Source: Clostridiaceae bacterium
Lineage (GTDB): Bacteria > Bacillota > Clostridia > Saccharofermentanales > DTU023
Assembly (NCBI GenBank): GCA_012522435.1
Contig: JAAYKK010000003.1
Span: 1 to 53,852 of the forward strand
DNA: 53,852 nt
Direction: 5' to 3'
The position numbers and the translations under genes are program-made. Every line of letters starts with the position of its first letter. The first letter of the stretch is position 1. Below the pieces are notes generated by a model. That model searched no databases and was not told the DNA's origin. It worked only from the letters and a program-made list of their open reading frames with translations. Below are positions 19,127 to 29,009 of the stretch, piece by piece.

Positions 19127-19153
19127 AAGCCGGTTTTGCCGGCTTATTTTTTT
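19127..19153 (+). terminator. Intrinsic terminator after frr
   Basis: AAGCCGG-TTTTG-CCGGCTT then ATTTTTTT. Confidence 0.8.
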
Positions 19154-19179
19154 AACGCTTAGCGGACAAGGTGCAGTTT

Positions 19180-19899
19180 ATGAAAAATCAAGGACTGATA
19201 ATTCCCGAACATCTGGCCATAATTATGGATGGCAACGGACGTTGGGCTAAGAAACGTCTATTACCGCGCAAAGTTGGACATCGATACGGTGCGGAAAAAT
19301 TAAGACAAGTCGTGCGTTGGTCTGCTGATTATGGAATTAAATATTTATCTGTTTATGCTTTTTCTGCAGAAAACTGGGCAAGATCAGCCGATGAAGTTAA
19401 TGCTTTGATGAACTTGATTGTCGAATTTTTCGGAAAATATGAAGATGAATTGCGCGAAGAAGGCGTGAGACTTAGATTCACTGGTGAATTGTCCGACTTA
19501 CCTGAAAAATCATTACAAGTGGTTAAGCAGGCTGAGCTTGATTCAAAAGACAGAGATCGAATTATGCTCAATATTGCATTAAGCTATGGCGGTAGACAAG
19601 AGATTGTCAGAGCATCTAGATTGTTCGGTCAAGACTTGCTTGAAAATCAGATTGCAATCGATGAATTAACTTTAGAGAACTTTAGAAATTATTTGTTTAC
19701 TCCGGATATACCGGATCCGGATTTGTTAATCAGACCGGGCGGTGAAGTAAGAATTTCTAATTTTTTATTATGGCAATTGTCATATACTGAGTTATATTTT
19801 AGCGATGTCTTATGGCCGGATTATTCGGAAGATGATTTATACCAGGCATTAGTAGAATATTCAAAACGAGAACGACGTTACGGGAAGGTGAATAAATGA
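19180..19899 (+). CDS. uppS: Undecaprenyl diphosphate synthase
   Basis: IMDGNGRWA, YAFSAENW, YGGRQE, RISNFLLWQ; start ATG 19180 or GTG 19171. Confidence 0.96.
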   Translation: MKNQGLIIPEHLAIIMDGNGRWAKKRLLPRKVGHRYGAEKLRQVVRWSADYGIKYLSVYAFSAENWARSADEVNALMNLIVEFFGKYEDELREEGVRLRFTGELSDLPEKSLQVVKQAELDSKDRDRIMLNIALSYGGRQEIVRASRLFGQDLLENQIAIDELTLENFRNYLFTPDIPDPDLLIRPGGEVRISNFLLWQLSYTELYFSDVLWPDYSEDDLYQALVEYSKRERRYGKVNK

Positions 19900-20819
19900 A
19901 GACCAGGGTTACTACAGCAATTATTTTCGGTATTATTATTGGATTTTTCATTATTCCCGGTTTTTGGTCAGTCCATTTTATTGTACCTTTGTTGCTACTT
20001 ATCGCAATACTTGCCCCTGGTGAATTTGTCAATGCCTTAAAGAAGAGAAACATCGAACTCAATAAATTTAACTTATTGCTTTTTTATTTATCTTTTTTAA
20101 GTGGTCTAATTTATCTTATCTCTCAAAAGTATCAAATAAGATCAGCAAACCGTCTCTTAAGACAACCCGGTTTAGCACTTACAACTGAAATAAATCAGGA
20201 ATTGACTGTGAGGCTACTAGTTCTTTATGGTATTTGTATAATAATTCTCGGATTATTCAGTTTATTTATTCCGTTGTTAAGAGATGGTCCTTCAGGTTTA
20301 AAAATCGGCATATATAATATTGCTGCCGGTTTATATATTTCTTTTCCTTTATTTTGTGGATTTATGTTGCTCTACACAATTCCGATCGGTTGGTTTTTGT
20401 TTGTCTTAGCCATCACAACGCCATGGATTTGTGATTCAGCTGCTCTTTATTGTGGTATGCTCTGGGGTAAGAAAAAGTTGGCACCTAAAATAAGCCCTAA
20501 CAAAACTATGGCGGGATTTTATGGTGGAATTATCGGTACGGTCATATTTTATGTTTTGTTGTATATCTTTCTCGTACCGAATCTATTCAAAGTAAATACT
20601 TCTGTAGGTGGAACATTTATTATTGCTGCGCTTGCTATAATAATTTCCATTCTAACCCAACTCGGAGATCTGCTTGCTTCATCAATCAAACGTACTTGTA
20701 ATCTAAAAGATTTTTCTAATTTAATGCCGGGACATGGTGGCATAATGGATCGTTTTGATAGCACATTTTTCACTTTTACTGCTATTTTGACAATTGCTTT
20801 ACTTGTTTATATTTTTTAG
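19896..20819 (+). CDS. cdsA: Phosphatidate cytidylyltransferase
   Basis: ISPNKT, GDLLASSIKR, KDFSNLMPGHGGIMDRFDS. Confidence 0.93.
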   Translation: MKTRVTTAIIFGIIIGFFIIPGFWSVHFIVPLLLLIAILAPGEFVNALKKRNIELNKFNLLLFYLSFLSGLIYLISQKYQIRSANRLLRQPGLALTTEINQELTVRLLVLYGICIIILGLFSLFIPLLRDGPSGLKIGIYNIAAGLYISFPLFCGFMLLYTIPIGWFLFVLAITTPWICDSAALYCGMLWGKKKLAPKISPNKTMAGFYGGIIGTVIFYVLLYIFLVPNLFKVNTSVGGTFIIAALAIIISILTQLGDLLASSIKRTCNLKDFSNLMPGHGGIMDRFDSTFFTFTAILTIALLVYIF

Positions 20820-20828
20820 TATTTAGAC

Positions 20829-22010
20829 ATGGATTTTATAGAAAAACAAAAAATAATAATCTTAGGTTCAACCGGTTCTATCGGCAAACAGACTCTTAAT
20901 GTCTGTAGACGTTTGAATTTTGAAATTGAAGCTTTAACTTGTTCCGGAAATATCGAACTGCTATTGGAGCAGATAAAAGAATTTAAGCCTAAAAAGGTGG
21001 GAGTAGCAGATCAAGAAGCAGCTACAAGACTTTCAGAGCTTTTAGAAGAACTTGATGGACCTGTACCGGAAGTACTTGGGGGTGAACAGGGAATTGTCGA
21101 AATTGCCAAGCTCAAGTGTGATAAATTGGTCGTTGCTATTATTGGATTTTCTGCATTGCAACCCTTAATTGCGGCAATAAAAGAAAAAAGAACCATTGCT
21201 CTAGCTAATAAAGAAACAATTGTCTCTACAGGTAAGTATGTACTTAATTTAGCTAAACAATATGGTGCAAAAATATATCCTATAGATAGTGAACCCTCGG
21301 CAATCTGGCAATGTCTGGCAGGTCAAACCGATCGTCCGAGCAAGGTATGGTTAACAGCTTCAGGTGGACCATTTCTGAACTATACACGAGATCAATTTGC
21401 CACGATTACTATTGCAGATGCACTGGCACATCCTGTCTGGTCGATGGGAAATAAAATCACAATTGATTCATCAACTATGCTGAACAAAGGACTTGAGTTA
21501 ATTGAAATTTGTAGGCTATTCGATTTATCAGGAGATCAGGTTGAGGTTTTAGTTCATCCACAAAGTATCATTCATTCCATGGTTGGTTTTGTTGACGGAT
21601 CAGTTATTGCTCAAATGGGGTTGCCTGATATGGAGCTTCCGATCCAATATGCTTTAACTTATGGAACCAGAAGAGCTATGCCGGATAAACCTAAGCTTAA
21701 TTTAGCTGAACTCGGTAAATTAACTTTTCAAGCCCCGGATTTTGAAAAATTTCCCGGCCTACGGTTGGCTTATGAAGCTCAAGCAGAAGATGGAGCTATG
21801 CCGGCGGTACTAAATGCTGCCAATGAAATAGCAGTTGATGCTTTTGTTAACAATCAAATATCATATCTGAATATAGTCGAAATTGTTGAAAATACAATGA
21901 AGCAATTTCGTTCTCATGATTTGTTGAAAAAAGAAGATATAACGAATATTTTGAAAGCGGATCAATGGGCTAGGGTCTATGCCGAGAAATTAATAGAGCA
22001 GGTAGTTTAA
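20829..22010 (+). CDS. dxr: 1-deoxy-D-xylulose 5-phosphate reductoisomerase
   Basis: LGSTGSIG, LANKE, TASGGPF, HPVWSMG, NKGLE, HPQSIIHS; DSEP in place of DSEH. Confidence 0.95.
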   Translation: MDFIEKQKIIILGSTGSIGKQTLNVCRRLNFEIEALTCSGNIELLLEQIKEFKPKKVGVADQEAATRLSELLEELDGPVPEVLGGEQGIVEIAKLKCDKLVVAIIGFSALQPLIAAIKEKRTIALANKETIVSTGKYVLNLAKQYGAKIYPIDSEPSAIWQCLAGQTDRPSKVWLTASGGPFLNYTRDQFATITIADALAHPVWSMGNKITIDSSTMLNKGLELIEICRLFDLSGDQVEVLVHPQSIIHSMVGFVDGSVIAQMGLPDMELPIQYALTYGTRRAMPDKPKLNLAELGKLTFQAPDFEKFPGLRLAYEAQAEDGAMPAVLNAANEIAVDAFVNNQISYLNIVEIVENTMKQFRSHDLLKKEDITNILKADQWARVYAEKLIEQVV

Positions 22011-23326
22011 TGACAATTTTAGGTGTTTTTGTAGGTTTAATCATTATCGGATTAATGATGTTGGTTCATGAAGCCGGTCATTTTTTAGCAGGTAAACTAT
22101 TAAACTTTAAAATAATTGAATTTTCTATTTTTATGGGGCCACGCCTATTCTCAACCGAGAAAGATGGTATTAAATATAGTTTTAAATTATTACCAATCGG
22201 AGCCTCAGTTCAATTTGCAGGTGAATACCCCGAAAGTTCAGATATCGATCAAACGATAGATGCTGATGATCCGGGATTGTTTTTTAACAGACCGCGTTGG
22301 GCGAGAGCAATTGTGGTTGCTATGGGTCCTATTGCTAACTTTTTTACCGCATTCCTGGCTTCAATCATTCTGTTTACTGCATTTGGTGTTGCTATTCCTA
22401 TAGCTGATCAACCTCCGGGAAATTCTCTGGCTTATGAACAAGGACTTGAAGCAGGTGATAAAATCCTTAGATTAAACGGAAATAGAATCCGCACTTCAGC
22501 AGATTATTCTATGGTCAGAACGCTTATTGAACCTGATCAGGACTTGATTTTAGAAATTCAAAAACCATCGGGTGAAATAAAAGAATTAATCTTAAAACCC
22601 GGAAATCGAGAGAATTATCGTTTGGGTATTGTTCAAAGTATAACCGGAGATCAAAAGAATATGGTTCTAAGCGTTGATCCTGAATCAAATCAAGGAAATC
22701 CTGTTTTGCATGAAGGGGACATTTTGCTTGCCGTGAATGATATTCCTTTTTCTGATCCTCAATCGGCATTTGAAATTGCACAATCATCAGGTGAACAAGT
22801 AAAAGTAAGGGTAATCCGTACCGGACAAGAACTTGAATTGGATGTAAAGACTACACTTTATAATGATCCGATTCCGGACGGTATTTTTTTTACTGAGTCA
22901 AGAGCTGCAGGCGATATAGTTTATCAGGCTCTGCAATATCCGTGGTCGATCGTTAAATCAACCGTAAAAGGAATCAGCATGATTTTTGGCGGGCAAATGA
23001 AGTTTTCGGAAAGTGTTACCGGACCTGTAGGTTTGGTAAAAATGTTTAGCGATGTAGTTTCAGAAAATGCGAAAACTGCTAACTTGGCTCTTGCTATCTA
23101 CCAGCTATTGTTTTATTTTATTCTAATCTCAGTTGCGATAGGTTTTACCAATTTGCTGCCTATTCCTCCTTTAGATGGACATCATCTACTGATCTTGGCA
23201 ATTGAAGGTATTAGACGCAAGGACTTGCCGGATAGGTTTAAACATGTAATAGCGGCCGTAGGAATGATCTTAATTTTGACTTTGGCAGCAATTGTGATTT
23301 ATTTGGATATTCGTAGAATTTTCTAA
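22010..23326 (+). CDS. rseP: RIP metalloprotease RseP with PDZ domains
   Basis: HEAGH, GPIAN, two PDZ-like segments, NLLPIPPLDG; conserved position after dxr. Confidence 0.92.
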   Translation: MTILGVFVGLIIIGLMMLVHEAGHFLAGKLLNFKIIEFSIFMGPRLFSTEKDGIKYSFKLLPIGASVQFAGEYPESSDIDQTIDADDPGLFFNRPRWARAIVVAMGPIANFFTAFLASIILFTAFGVAIPIADQPPGNSLAYEQGLEAGDKILRLNGNRIRTSADYSMVRTLIEPDQDLILEIQKPSGEIKELILKPGNRENYRLGIVQSITGDQKNMVLSVDPESNQGNPVLHEGDILLAVNDIPFSDPQSAFEIAQSSGEQVKVRVIRTGQELELDVKTTLYNDPIPDGIFFTESRAAGDIVYQALQYPWSIVKSTVKGISMIFGGQMKFSESVTGPVGLVKMFSDVVSENAKTANLALAIYQLLFYFILISVAIGFTNLLPIPPLDGHHLLILAIEGIRRKDLPDRFKHVIAAVGMILILTLAAIVIYLDIRRIF

Positions 23327-23345
23327 GACAGATAAAAGGATATAA

Positions 23346-24431
23346 ATGAATTTTCAAAGGAAAAAAACAAAAAAATTATGGTTAAATAATGTTCCGGTTG
23401 GAGGGAATGCTCCGATTGTAGTGCAATCAATGAATAATACTGACACACGAGATGTAGAAGCCACCTTAGCTCAAATTCATGATTTGGCTGACGTCGGTTG
23501 TGAGGTTACCCGCGTTGCGGTACCGGATCAAGTTGCGGCAAATGCTTTAGCAGAAATTGTTCGTCAGTCGCCAATTCCGGTCATTGCTGATATCCATTTT
23601 CAAGCAAAACTCGCTTTATTGGCACTTGAAAATAATGTAGCGGGTTTGAGAATTAATCCGGGAAATATAGGTTCAGAAGAAGGTGTACGTAAGATTGCAC
23701 AATTAGCACTAGAAAAAAACATACCGATCAGAGTAGGTGTTAACTCAGGTTCCTTAGATCCTGAAATAAGGGATAAAATGGGAGGGATCAATTCTGATTC
23801 GATGGTTGCTTCTGTCTTAAAATTCTGCCGTATGTTGGAAAAATATGACTTTAATGATATTTGTGTTTCAATTAAAGCCTCGGATGCAAAATTAACTATT
23901 GACAGCTATCGTAAGTTAGCTCAAGAAGTTGATTATCCTTTGCATCTGGGTGTAACTGAAGCCGGAACACCTAAAGAGGGTATTGTGCGATCTGCTGTCG
24001 GAATTGGGACTCTTTTGGCAGAAGGTATAGGCGATACGATCCGAGTATCTTTAACTGCGGATCCTCTTTTGGAAGTTGAAACCGCCTATTCAATTCTTAA
24101 ATCGCTTGGCCTGAGATCAAAAGGACCTTTACTAATAGCATGTCCGACTTGTGGTCGTACTGAAGTTAACTTGCAAAGACTGGCAGAACAAGTTGAAGTA
24201 CTCTTGGCTGACATTGTTGAGCCGATCAAAGTAGCTGTTATGGGTTGTCCGGTTAACGGTCCCGGAGAAGCCAAAGAAGCTGATTGTGGCATTGCAGGTG
24301 GTAAAGATCTATATTTGATTTTCCGCAATGGTAGAATAATTGAGAAAGTTGATCAGGAACATGCTCTGCAGGCTTTGATGAAGGAAGTTGAATTAGCACG
24401 TCAAAGATATCTCAAAGATCTGAAAAAATAG
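23346..24431 (+). CDS. ispG: HMBPP synthase (IspG/GcpE)
   Basis: VQSM, ADIHF, RINPGN, HLGVTEAG, CPTCGR, GCPVNGPGE. Confidence 0.96.
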   Translation: MNFQRKKTKKLWLNNVPVGGNAPIVVQSMNNTDTRDVEATLAQIHDLADVGCEVTRVAVPDQVAANALAEIVRQSPIPVIADIHFQAKLALLALENNVAGLRINPGNIGSEEGVRKIAQLALEKNIPIRVGVNSGSLDPEIRDKMGGINSDSMVASVLKFCRMLEKYDFNDICVSIKASDAKLTIDSYRKLAQEVDYPLHLGVTEAGTPKEGIVRSAVGIGTLLAEGIGDTIRVSLTADPLLEVETAYSILKSLGLRSKGPLLIACPTCGRTEVNLQRLAEQVEVLLADIVEPIKVAVMGCPVNGPGEAKEADCGIAGGKDLYLIFRNGRIIEKVDQEHALQALMKEVELARQRYLKDLKK

Positions 24432-24464
24432 TTGTTATTACTATTCTTAAGAAAGGTTAATTTT

Positions 24465-27400
24465 TTGAAAAAAAGTTTAGCTGAAGTCTTTTCATATTTA
24501 AAAATAGATTTTTCTAATGAAGATCAAGAAGAATTTATTAATCAGTCATTGGAAGAAATAAACAAAACTGAATTATTCGAAATGCTACAACAAATATTTG
24601 TTAACAATATGACTTGTAGTAATGATGGAAATTTTTGTTTTACAATGGCAGTACCTAAAATTTTATCTGCTCAGCAAATTTTATTCTTAGAAGAAAAATT
24701 TGAAAAACATTTTGCAATTCCTTCAGTAGTAATAAAACAGAAGGTTACTGAGAAACTTTCAGCTGAACAAAAAGTATCATATCTGAAAACGATTAGCCCT
24801 TGGATTAAAAAGCATGCTTCAAATGCAAGCAGTATCGAAAGCAAACTGTTTGCTCAGGGCAAGTTGGAGCTAAGAAATGAAGCATTTGCTTGGCAAATTG
24901 AGCCGACACATTACGATATTGTAAATAATCAAGAAACCAATTGGTTGCTTGATTTCTGGTATATATATGGAACCTTTCCATACGAAATAATTCTTGAATC
25001 TTCTACCATGGAAAATTCATTACTGGAAAAAATAGAAACAACAGAACAGCTTTTTACAGAAGCAAATCTCGAAGCTACAGAATTATTTAACAATGAGCAA
25101 GAAAAGCTCAATAAAATCAAACAAACTGAAAAACGAAAAGCGAAGTCCAATAATCAAAGGTCAAACTTTAGACAGAAGCACCGTAAATCTGAAAAAATAT
25201 TGTGGGGTAGAACAGGACCACCGATTCCTTTACAAAAGATTTCTGAGATTGATAATGAAACTGACCGGGCAATGTTTGAAGGTCAAGTTTTTATGTTTGA
25301 CACAAGGATTACTAGAAATGGGCGTTTATTAGTAAAATTTGCAATTACCGATTTTACAACATCAATTTCTTGTACTATTTTCAGTGATCCGGCTGAAGAA
25401 GATTTTTTCACAGAGATCATTAAAGATCAATATTTGAGAGTTACAGCTGATGTTTATTATGATGATCGTTACGCAAAGGATTTTGTAGGTAGAGTAACTT
25501 GTCTTGAACAAACAGAAAAACCGGCGGCACGACAAGATAATTGTCCGAAAAAAAGAGTTGAACTCCATATCCACTCAAAGATGTCAGCCAAAGACGGCAC
25601 AATTAATCCGAAAGATATTGTTCGAACTGCAGCTGAATTTGGGCATAAAGCAGTAGCTATAACAGATCATGGGGTGATGCAGGGTTTTCCTGAAGTATGT
25701 GATATGGCGGATCAGCTCAATGCCAAGGGCAAGCCGATCAAAGTTATTTACGGTGTTGAAGGATATCTTTTAGATGACGGAACGGATTTTATTGCTTATC
25801 AAGTAGAGCAGGCAGATCTAGCGTCAGGCTTTATTATTTTTAACCTTGAAACAACAGGAACTGATCCTAAAAATAATTATATTAAGCAAATATCAGCATT
25901 AAAATTTGAACCCGATAAACAAGAGAAATCTACAAATGAATTAAAAGATCTGCCTGAAACAAGTTTTCTTTCAGATGCCTTCTTTTCTCGAATCGTCAAA
26001 TCTTCATCTGAGTCTGAAATTGACACTTTAAATGATTTCTCAGATTTTATCGGTGATTTACCGCTAGTTGCTGTAGATGCACTAAATCAACTCAATTTCT
26101 TGCGTTATGGGGGCTTTAGAGTAGAAGGTACGAAACCTCGAGTAAAATTCAATCCCCCTTTGATTGATCTGGGCAAATTAGCCGAGACTTTACCTATAGA
26201 AACTGAAGATCCTGATTTTTCGCTGCTTAAAAAGATTTATCAGATCGAAAAAACAGAACATCTAAACCAAGCTGAGTTAGAATTGTTAGGTCAAATTTTT
26301 CTCAAACTGATAGAACGAAGTGAATCTGATAGCTTGCAGGATCTTAATCGATTAGTCGGTTGGGAATCTTTTGAAGAATTGAAACAAAAACGTAAGCCAA
26401 CCAATCATATTGTTTTATTAGCAGAGGATTCATTAGGACTTTATAATTTGTATCGGATGATTTCTGATGCACATCTAAACTATTTCTATTATAATCCTCG
26501 GATTCCACGTTCGGTTCTGGATTATTATGGAGTGGGTGTTCTGAAAGGAATGGCTTGTGTTGATGGAGAAATATTTGAAGGTATCCTCGAATTGTTTAAA
26601 CAATTTAAGGGTGATTATGAACAAATAAAAACTAATCTAAAAAGCAGTGAATTAATAGAACTAGCAGGAAAATATGATTATTTAGAAATCCAGCCTCTGA
26701 CGAATAATAAATTCTTATTGCGCAAGTCTGAATCTTATGTTCAATCTGAGGAAGATTTGAAAAACTTGAATCGTTTGGTGCTTGAATTAGGTAAACTTAC
26801 CGGAAAACTCGTTTGTGCAACCTGTGATGCTCATTTTTTAAATCCGGAAGATGATATTTTCAGAAAAATTCTGATGTCTAATATGAATTTTGAAGATATG
26901 GAAGAAATGGCCGACTTGTATTTTAGAACTACAGATGAAATGCTGTCAGAGTTTTCATATTTAGGCAAAGAAGTTGCAGAGCAAGTAGTCATTACTAATA
27001 CTAATCTGATTGCGGATCAAGTTTCTCCGGAGATCCGACCATTTCCTAAAGGTTCTTTTCCTCCCTTAATCAAATCTGCGGATCGCGAGATTAGGGAATT
27101 AACCATGCATCAAGCAGAAAAAATTTACGGTAAAGATGGAAAATTGCCCCAAATAGTCGAAGAAAGAATAAATCGGGAACTGACCTCAATTATCGATAAC
27201 GGTTTTGCTGTAATGTATTACATCTCACATTGCGTAGTAAAAAAATCAAATGAAGACGGATATGTTGTTGGATCCAGAGGTTCAGTCGGCTCATCATTAG
27301 TTGCTACACTCTGTGGTATCACAGAAGTAAATCCTTTACAACCACATTATGTTTGTCCTGCCTGCAATTTTTCGGAATTTGACGCAAGTGGTGATTATGG

Positions 27401-28955
27401 TTCAGGTTATGATTTACCGGCCAAAACTTGTCCGGATTGTGGTACTGATCTAGTTAGAGAAGGTCATGATATACCTTTCGAAACATTTTTGGGTTTTGCA
27501 GGAGATAAACAGCCGGACATTGATTTGAATTTTTCAGGTTTCTATCAAGCTACTGCACATAGATTCATTGAAGAAATGTTTGGAGCAAAACAAACTTTCA
27601 GAGCCGGTACTATCAGTAGTTATGCAGAGAAAAACTCTGCCGGTATGGTTTTGAATTATCATGAAGAGAATGAGCTCCCGGTAAGTTCAACCGAAGTTAC
27701 GCGATTAGCTCAAGGACTATTAGGCGTAAAAGCTACAACAGGACAACATCCGGGCGGTATTGTAGTAGTGCCGAAAGAACGAGATATTTTTGATTTTACC
27801 CCGATCCAATATCCTGCCAATAAAAAGGATTCAGGTGTCATTACAACCCATTTTGACTTCCACTCATTAGACGAAACCATTCTTAAGTTAGATATACTTG
27901 GCCATGATGATCCATCTATGTTAAAAGTACTGGGTGACAATACGGGAGTAGATGTTAGCCAAATACCTATTACTGATGAAAAAGTAATGTCCTTATTCAA
28001 CAGCACTGAAGCATTAGGTATTCCCGACCGAGAATCAACCATAAAATGCGCAACTATCGGTTTACCTGAATTGGGTACAATGTTAGTGCGCAATATGATA
28101 GCTGAGACGAAACCTACAGGATTTCATGACTTAGTTCAAATATCCGGCTTATCGCATGGAACTGATGTTTGGACCGGGAATGCTCAAGAGCTGATTCGTA
28201 ATGGAACTTGCACCATTAATGAAGTAATTGGTTGCCGAGATAATATTATGACTTACCTGATCTACCGTGGTTTACCAAAAAAGAGTGCTTTTGATATTAT
28301 GGAAAGCGTACGCAGAGGTAGAGGTTTAAGCGCTGAACAAGAAAGCATGATGTATCAGCATGATGTTCCTGAGTGGTATGTTGAAAGCTGCAAGAAGATT
28401 AAATATATGTTCCCTAAGGCTCATGCTGTCGCTTATATTGTTTCGGCGTTAAGAATTGCTTGGTTTAAAGTTTATTATCCGGAACAGTATTATTGTGCCT
28501 TTTTCACGATTAGAGCGAATGAATTTGCCAGTGATGAATTAATTCTGCCACCTAATGAGATCAGAATTAGACGTGCAGAACAAAGAAGAAATTGGAATCA
28601 GTTAACAGATTCAGAAAGAAAACGTCATTTTTATCTTGAATTAGTTGAAGAAATGCAACAAAGAGGTATAGATTTTCTACCAATCGATATTAAAAAATCT
28701 AAAGCTTGTGAATTCTATTCACCGGGAAAAGGAAAAATCAGACCACCTTTCAATGCAATTCCCAATATCAGTGAAACATTGAGTAAACAAATTGTAAATG
28801 CCAGGGAACAAGGCGGAGATTTCAAAAACCGTGAAGAACTTGCTAGAAGAGCAGAACTGGGTCAAGCAGCAATTGAAGCTTTGGTCAAAGAGGGGGTTCT
28901 GGAAGGAATGGCAGAATCTGCACAAATTGATCTTTTTTCAATACTAGATATGTAA
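24465..28955 (+). CDS. polC: PolC-type DNA polymerase III alpha subunit
   Basis: PHP (ELHIH, TDHG, CDAH), GSRGSVGSS, CPAC/CPDC zinc finger, PDIDLNF, TTGQHPGG, KLDILGH, YMFPKAHA; likely start TTG 24465 after AAAGG. Confidence 0.96.
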   Translation: MKKSLAEVFSYLKIDFSNEDQEEFINQSLEEINKTELFEMLQQIFVNNMTCSNDGNFCFTMAVPKILSAQQILFLEEKFEKHFAIPSVVIKQKVTEKLSAEQKVSYLKTISPWIKKHASNASSIESKLFAQGKLELRNEAFAWQIEPTHYDIVNNQETNWLLDFWYIYGTFPYEIILESSTMENSLLEKIETTEQLFTEANLEATELFNNEQEKLNKIKQTEKRKAKSNNQRSNFRQKHRKSEKILWGRTGPPIPLQKISEIDNETDRAMFEGQVFMFDTRITRNGRLLVKFAITDFTTSISCTIFSDPAEEDFFTEIIKDQYLRVTADVYYDDRYAKDFVGRVTCLEQTEKPAARQDNCPKKRVELHIHSKMSAKDGTINPKDIVRTAAEFGHKAVAITDHGVMQGFPEVCDMADQLNAKGKPIKVIYGVEGYLLDDGTDFIAYQVEQADLASGFIIFNLETTGTDPKNNYIKQISALKFEPDKQEKSTNELKDLPETSFLSDAFFSRIVKSSSESEIDTLNDFSDFIGDLPLVAVDALNQLNFLRYGGFRVEGTKPRVKFNPPLIDLGKLAETLPIETEDPDFSLLKKIYQIEKTEHLNQAELELLGQIFLKLIERSESDSLQDLNRLVGWESFEELKQKRKPTNHIVLLAEDSLGLYNLYRMISDAHLNYFYYNPRIPRSVLDYYGVGVLKGMACVDGEIFEGILELFKQFKGDYEQIKTNLKSSELIELAGKYDYLEIQPLTNNKFLLRKSESYVQSEEDLKNLNRLVLELGKLTGKLVCATCDAHFLNPEDDIFRKILMSNMNFEDMEEMADLYFRTTDEMLSEFSYLGKEVAEQVVITNTNLIADQVSPEIRPFPKGSFPPLIKSADREIRELTMHQAEKIYGKDGKLPQIVEERINRELTSIIDNGFAVMYYISHCVVKKSNEDGYVVGSRGSVGSSLVATLCGITEVNPLQPHYVCPACNFSEFDASGDYGSGYDLPAKTCPDCGTDLVREGHDIPFETFLGFAGDKQPDIDLNFSGFYQATAHRFIEEMFGAKQTFRAGTISSYAEKNSAGMVLNYHEENELPVSSTEVTRLAQGLLGVKATTGQHPGGIVVVPKERDIFDFTPIQYPANKKDSGVITTHFDFHSLDETILKLDILGHDDPSMLKVLGDNTGVDVSQIPITDEKVMSLFNSTEALGIPDRESTIKCATIGLPELGTMLVRNMIAETKPTGFHDLVQISGLSHGTDVWTGNAQELIRNGTCTINEVIGCRDNIMTYLIYRGLPKKSAFDIMESVRRGRGLSAEQESMMYQHDVPEWYVESCKKIKYMFPKAHAVAYIVSALRIAWFKVYYPEQYYCAFFTIRANEFASDELILPPNEIRIRRAEQRRNWNQLTDSERKRHFYLELVEEMQQRGIDFLPIDIKKSKACEFYSPGKGKIRPPFNAIPNISETLSKQIVNAREQGGDFKNREELARRAELGQAAIEALVKEGVLEGMAESAQIDLFSILDM

Positions 28956-29009
28956 GGCATATTATTTACAAATTATTCTTTGAGATTTCTAGAAAGTAAA
29001 GGAGCTTTT

